From Eledone cirrhosa (taxonomy: Eukaryota), in assembly GCA_964016885.1 (NCBI GenBank), contig OZ024740.1, forward strand, positions 37,882,001-37,946,000: a stretch of DNA of 64,000 nt, in the 5' to 3' direction. Of the stretch, positions 57,901 to 64,000 are shown piece after piece; the first letter of the stretch is position 1; each line of letters starts with the position of its first letter. Below the pieces are notes generated by a model. It was not told the DNA's origin. It ran no database searches and saw only the letters and a program-made list of their open reading frames with translations. The position numbers were made by a program, and so were the translations under genes.

Positions 57901-60900
57901 GTTTGTGACAATATCTAGGTTTTAACAATGGTCCTATGGTTTATTACAGTTAAAAGACAGTATAGTTTGTGACAATACCTAGGTTTAAACAATGGTCCTA
58001 TGGTTTATTACTGTTAAAAGACAGTATAGTTTGTGACTATACCTAGGTTTAAACAAAGGTCCTATGGTTTATTACAGTTAAAAGACAGTATAGTGTGTGA
58101 CAATACCTAGGTTTAAACAATGGTCCTATGGTTTATTACGGTAAAAAGACAGTATAGTTTGTGACAATACCTAGGTTTTAACAATGGTCCTATGGTTTAT
58201 TAGTTAAAAGACAGTATAGTTTGTGACAATACCTAGGTTTAAACAATGGTCCTATGGTTTATTACAGTTAAAAGACAGTATAGATTGTGACAATACCTAG
58301 GTTTAAACAATGGTCCTATGGTTTATTACAGTTAAAAGACAATATAGTTTGTGACAATACCTAGGTTTAAACAATGGTCCTATGGTTTATTACAGTTGAA
58401 AGACAGTATAGTTTGTGACAATATCTAGGTTTAAACAATGGTCCTATGGTTTATTACAGTTAAAAGACAGTATAGTTTGTGACAATACCTAGGTTTAAAC
58501 AATGGTCCTATGGTTTATTACAGTTAAAAGACAGTATAGTTTGTGACAATACCTAGGTTTAAACAATGGTCCTATGGTTTATTACAGTTAAAAGACAGTA
58601 AAGTTTGTGACAATACCAAGGTTTTAACAATGGTCCTATGGTTTATTACAGTTAAAAGACAGTATAGTTTGTGACAATACCTAGGTTTAAACAATGGTCC
58701 TATGGTTTATTACAGTTAAAAGACAGTATAGTTTGTGCCAATACCTAGGTTTAAACAATGGTCCTATGGTTTATTACAGTTAAAAGACAGTATAGTTTGT
58801 GACAATACCTAGGTTTAAACAATGGTCCTCTGGTTGATTACAGTTAAAAGACAGTATAGTTTGTGACAATACCTAGGTTTTAACAATGGTCTTATGGTTT
58901 ATTACAGTTAAAAGACTGTATAGTTTGTGACAATACCTAGGTTTTAACAATGGTCCTATGGTTTATTACAGTTAAAAGACAGTATAGTTTGTGACAATAT
59001 CTAGGTTTTAACAATGGTCCTATGGTTTATTACAGTTAAAAGACAGTATAGTTTGTGCCAATACCTAGGTTTAAACAATGGTCCTATGGTTTATTACAGT
59101 TAAAAGACAGTATAGTTTGTGCCAATACCTAGGTTTAAACAATGGTCCTATGGTTTATTACAGTTAAAAGACAGTATAGTTTGTGCCAATACCTAGGTTT
59201 AAACAATGGTCCTTTGGTTTATTACAGTTAAAAGACAGTATAGTTTGTGACAATACCTAGGTTTAAACAATGGTCCTATGGTTTATTACACTTAAAAGAC
59301 AGTATAGTTTGTGACAATACCTAGGTTTAAACAATGGTCCTATGGTTTATTACAGTTAAAAGACAGTATAGTTTGTGACAATACCTAGGTTTAAACAATG
59401 GTCTTTGGTTTATTACAGTTAAAAGACAGTATAGTTTGTGCCAATACCTAGGTTTAAACAATGGTCCTATGGTTTATTACAGTTAAAAGACAGTATAGTT
59501 TGTGACAATACCTAGGTTTAAACAATGGTCCTATGGTTTATTACGGTAAAAAGACAGTATAGTTTGTGACAATACCTAGGTTTAAACAATGGTCCTATGG
59601 TTTATTACAGTTAAAAGACAGTATAGTTTGTGACAATACCTAGGTTTAAACAATGGTCCTATGGTTTATTACAGTTAAAAGACAGTATAGTTTGTGACAA
59701 TACCTAGGTTTTAACAATGGTCCTATGGTTTATTACAGTTAAAAGACAGTATAGTTTGTGACAATACCTAGGTTTTAACAATGGTCCTATGGTTTATTAC
59801 AGTTAAAAGACAGTATAGTTTGTGACAATACCTAGGTTTAAACAATGGTCCTATGGTTTATTACAGTTAAAAGACAGTAAAGTTTGTGACAATACCAAGG
59901 TTTTAACAATGGTCCTATGGTTTATTACGGTTAAAAGACAGTATAGTTTGTGACAATACCTAGGTCTAAACAATGGTCCTATGGTTTATTACAGTTAAAA
60001 GACAGTATAGTTTGTGCCAATACCTAGGTTTAAACAATGGTCCTATGGTTTATTACAGTTAAAAGACAGTATAGTTTGTGACAATACCTAGGTTTAAACA
60101 ATGGTCCTATGGTTTATTACAGTTAAAAGACAGTATAGTTTGTGACAATATCTAGGTTTTAACAATGGTCTTATGGTTTATTACAGTTAAAAGACTGTAT
60201 AGTTTGTGACAATACCTAGGTTTTAACAATGGTCCTATGGTTTATTACAGTTAAAAGACAGTATAGTTTGTGACAATATCTAGGTTTTAACAATGGTCCT
60301 ATGGTTTATTACAGTTAAAAGACAGTATAGTTTGTGACTATACCTAGGTTTAAACAATGGTCCTATGGTTTATTACAGTTAAAAGACAGTATAGTTTGTG
60401 ACAATACCTAGGTTTAAACAATGGTCCTATGGTTTATTACAGTTAAAAGACAGTATAGTTTGTGACAATATCTAGGTTTAAACAATGGTCCTATGGTTTA
60501 TTACAGTTAAAAGACAGTATAGTTTGTGACAATACCTAGGTTTAAACAATGGTCCTATGGTTTATTACAGTTAAAAGACAGTATAGTTTGTGACAATACC
60601 TAGGTTTAAACAATGGTCCTATGGTTTATTACAGTTAAAAGACAGTATAGTTTGTGACAATATCTAGGTTTAAACAATGGTCCTATGGTTTATTATAGTT
60701 AAAAGACAGTATAGTTTGTGACAATACCTAGGTTTAAACAATGGTCCTATGGTTTATTACAGTTAAAAGACAGTATAGTTTGTGACAATACCTAGGTTTT
60801 AACAATGGTCCTATGGTTTATTACAGTTAAAAGACAGTATAGTTTGTGACAATACCTAGGTTTTAACAATGGTCCTATGGTTTATTACAGTTAAAAGACA

Positions 60901-63900
60901 GTATAGTTTGTGACAATACCTAGGTTTAAACAATGGTCCTATGGTTTATTACAGTTAAAAGACAGTATAGTTTGTGACAATATCTAGGTTTAAACAATGG
61001 TCCTATGGTTTATTATAGTTAAAAGACAGTATAGTTTGTGACAATACCTAGGTTTAAACAATGGTCCTATGGTTTATTACAGTTAAAAGACAGTATAGTT
61101 TGTGACAATACCTAGGTTTTAACAATGGTCCTATGGTTTATTACAGTTAAAAGACAGTATAGTTTGTGACAATACCTAGGTTTTAACAATGGTCCTATGG
61201 TTTATTACAGTTAAAAGACAGTATAGTTTGTGACAATACCTAGGTTTTAACAATGGTCCTATGGTTTATTAGTTAAAAGACAGTATAGTTTGTGACAATA
61301 TCTAGGTTTTAACAATGGTCCTATGGTTTATTAGTTAAAAGACAGTATAGTTTGTGACAATACGTAGGTTTTAACAATGGTCCTATGGTTTATTAGTTAA
61401 AAGACAGTATAGTTTGTGACAATACCTAGGTTTAAACAATGGTCGTATGGTTTATTACAGTTAAAAGACAGTATAGTTTGTGACAATACCTAGGTTTTAA
61501 CAATGGTCCTATGGTTTATTACAGTAAAAAGACAGTATAGTTTGTGACAATACCTAGGTTTAAACAATGGTCCTATGGTTTATTACAGTTAAAAGACAGT
61601 ATATGGTGTGACAATACCTAGGTTTAAACAATGGTCTTATGGTTTATTACAGTTAAAAGACTATAATTTGTGACAATACCTAGGTTTAAACAATGGTCCT
61701 GTGGTTTATTACAGTTAAAAGACAGTATAGTGTGTGACAATACCTAGGTTTAAACAATGGTCCTATGGTTTATTACGGTAAAAAGACAGTATAGTTTGTG
61801 ACAATACCTAGGTTTTAACAATGGTCCTATGGTTTATTAGTTAAAAGACAGTATAGTTTGTGACAATACCTAGGTTTAAACAATGGTCCTATGGTTTATT
61901 ACAGTTAAAAGAGAGTATAGTTTGTGACAATACCTAGGTTTTAAAATGGTCCTATGGTTTATTAGTTAGACAGTATAGTTTGTGACAATACCTAGGTTTA
62001 AACAATGGTCCTATGGTTTATTACAGTTAAAAGACAGTATAGTTTGTGACAATACCTAGGTTTTAACAATGGTCTTATGGTTTATTAGTTAAAAGACAGT
62101 ATAGTTTGTGACAATACCTAGGTTTAAACAATGGTCCTATGGTTTATTACAGTTAAAAGACAGTATAGTTTGTGACTATACCTAGGTTTAAACAATGGTC
62201 CTATGGTTTATTACAGTTAAAAGACAGTATAGTTTGTGACAATACCTAGGTTTAAACAATGGTCCTATGGTTTATTACAGTTAAAAGACAGTATAGTTTG
62301 TGACAATATCTAGGTTTTAACAATGGTCCTATGGTTTATTACAGTTAAAAGACAGTATAGTTTGTGACAATACCTAGGTTTAAACAATGGTCCTATGGTT
62401 TATTACTGTTAAAAGACAGTATAGTTTGTGACTATACCTAGGTTTAAACAATGGTCCTATGTTTTATTACAGTTAAAAGACAGTATAGTGTGTGACAATA
62501 CCTAGGTTTAAACAATGGTCCTATGGTTTATTACGGTAAAAAGACAGTATAGTTTGTGACAATACCTAGGTTTTAACAATGGTCCTATGGTTTATTAGTT
62601 AAAAGACAGTATAGTTTGTGACAATACCTAGGTTTAAACAATGGTCCTATGGTTTATTACAGTTAAAAGACAGTATAGATTGTGACAATACCTAGGTTTA
62701 AATAATGGTCCTATGGTTTATTACAGTTAAAAGACAGTATAGTTTGTGACAATACCTAGGTTTAAACAATGGTCCTATGGTTTATTACAGTTAAAAGACA
62801 GTATAGTTTGTGACAATATCTAGGTTTAAACAATGGTCCTATGGTTTATTACAGTTAAAAGACAGTATAGTTTGTGACAATATCTAGGTTTAAACAATGG
62901 TCCTATGGTTTATTACAGTTAAAAGACAGTATAGTTTGTGACAATACCTAGGTTTAAACAATGGTCCTATGGTTTATTACAGTTAAAAGACAGTATAGTT
63001 TGTGACAATACCTAGGTTTAAACAATGGTCCTATGGTTTATTACAGTTAAAAGACAGTATAGTTTGTGACAATATCTAGGTTTAAACAATGGTCCTATGG
63101 TTTATTATAGTTAAAAGACAGTATAGTTTGTGACAATACCTAGGTTTAAACAATGGTCCTATGGTTTATTACAGTTAAAAGACAGTATAGTTTGTGACAA
63201 TACCTAGGTTTTAACAATGGTCCTATGGTTTATTACAGTTAAAAGACAGTATAGTTTGTGACAATACCTAGGTTTTAACAATGGTCCTATGGTTTATTAC
63301 AGTTAAAAGACAGTATAGTTTGTGACAATACCTAGGTTTTAACAATGGTCCTATGGTTTATTAGTTAAAAGACAGTATAGTTTGTGACAATATCTAGGTT
63401 TTAACAATGGTCCTATGGTTTATTAGTTAAAAGACAGTATAGTTTGTGACAATACGTAGGTTTTAACAATGGTCCTATGGTTTATTAGTTAAAAGACAGT
63501 ATAGTTTGTGACAATACCTAGGTTTAAACAATGGTCCTATGGTTTATTACAGTTAAATGACAGTATAGTTTGTGACAATACCTAGGTTTTAACAATGGTC
63601 CTATGGTTTATTACAGTTAAAAGACAGTATAGTTTGTGACAATACCTAGGTTTAAACAATGGTCCTATGGTTTATTACAGTTAAAAGACAGTATAGTGTG
63701 TGACAATACCTAGGTTTAAACAATGGTCTTATGGTTTATTACAGTTAAAAGACTATAATTTGTGACAATACCTAGGTTTAAACAATGGTCCTGTGGTTTA
63801 TTACAGTTAAAAGACAGTATAGTGTGTGACAATACCTAGGTTTAAACAATGGTCCTATGGTTTATTACGGTAAAAAGACAGTATAGTTTGTGACAATATC

Positions 63901-64000
63901 TAGGTTTTAACAATGGTCCTATGGTTTATTACAGTTAAAAGACAGTATAGTTTGTGACAATACCTAGGTTTAAACAATGGTCCTATGGTTTATTACTGTT
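53800..64000. repeat. 5,985-bp-offset duplication (approx. 53800-58015 copied at 59800-64000, running off the window end)
   Basis: GGTCTAAAC 53981/59966, ATATGGTGTG 55616/61601, TTAGACAG 55981/61966 and AATGACAG 57571/63556 are all 5985 apart. The last bases TATTACTGTT (64000) match the copy ending at 58015. Confidence 0.92.

Larger units (their letters stand above)
1..64000. repeat. 64-bp tandem satellite DNA array (~1,000 monomers, head-to-tail, extends beyond both window edges)
   Basis: Unit 1-64 (CAGTATAGTTTGTGACAATACCTAGGTTTAAACAATGGTCCTATGGTTTATTACAGTTAAAAGA) restarts at 65, 129, ... and continues to 64000 with no non-repeat insertion seen. Line phase recurs every 960 bp (15x64) in indel-free stretches (lines 1, 961 and 1921 start identically). 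Confidence 0.99.

Noticed and set aside
1-64000. CRISPR array (64-bp period, palindromic GTTT...AAAC-like motif)
   Set aside because: The whole 64-bp unit is conserved. There are no unique spacers, no leader and no cas genes.
1-64000. Repetitive protein-coding ORF on either strand
   Set aside because: The period of 64 is not a multiple of 3, so any frame cycles through all phases. Both strands of the monomer contain stop triplets (+: TAG, TGA, TAA; -: TAA, TAG), so no ORF can exceed about three monomers. The ATGs at 35 and 43 open only tiny peptides.
1-64000. Telomeric repeat, transposon insertion or strand inversion within the array
   Set aside because: There are no short G-rich telomere tracts (TAGG/TTAG occur only as isolated words), no non-satellite sequence and no reverse-complement monomers on reading through.
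1-64000. Variants as an encoded message or a programmed diversification system (DGR-like or antigenic cassettes)
   Set aside because: The variant patterns are fully explained by inheritance through block duplication. There is no associated enzyme gene, template/variable pair or coding target.

Overview
The whole 64,000-bp window is one uninterrupted, head-to-tail satellite array of roughly 1,000 copies of a 64-bp monomer, all in the same orientation. The consensus is CAGTATAGTTTGTGACAATACCTAGGTTTAAACAATGGTCCTATGGTTTATTACAGTTAAAAGA (20/64 = 31% GC). Most monomers differ from it by 0-3 substitutions or 1-3 bp deletions. I found no CDS, RNA gene, transposon insertion, inversion or CRISPR spacer, and I do not recognise the satellite family or host. 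A long homogeneous array like this is typical of eukaryotic heterochromatic or (peri)centromeric DNA, but that is inference. The information lies in the variants, which act as barcodes. They show nested in-register duplications (offsets of 128, 320, 510, 1337, ~2090-2101, 2682, 3190/3254, 3429, 4134, 4394, 4714, 5010 and 5985 bp) and a multi-monomer cassette recurring 14 times. They also show ancestral-like states at both ends around a derived core, chimeric monomers that map crossovers to about 12 bp, an apparently deletion-only indel spectrum, and variants that perfect hairpins in the monomer. I cannot support a novel protein-coding system here. Offsets come from manual reading of marker variants, and block boundaries are approximate (about +/-1-2 monomers).
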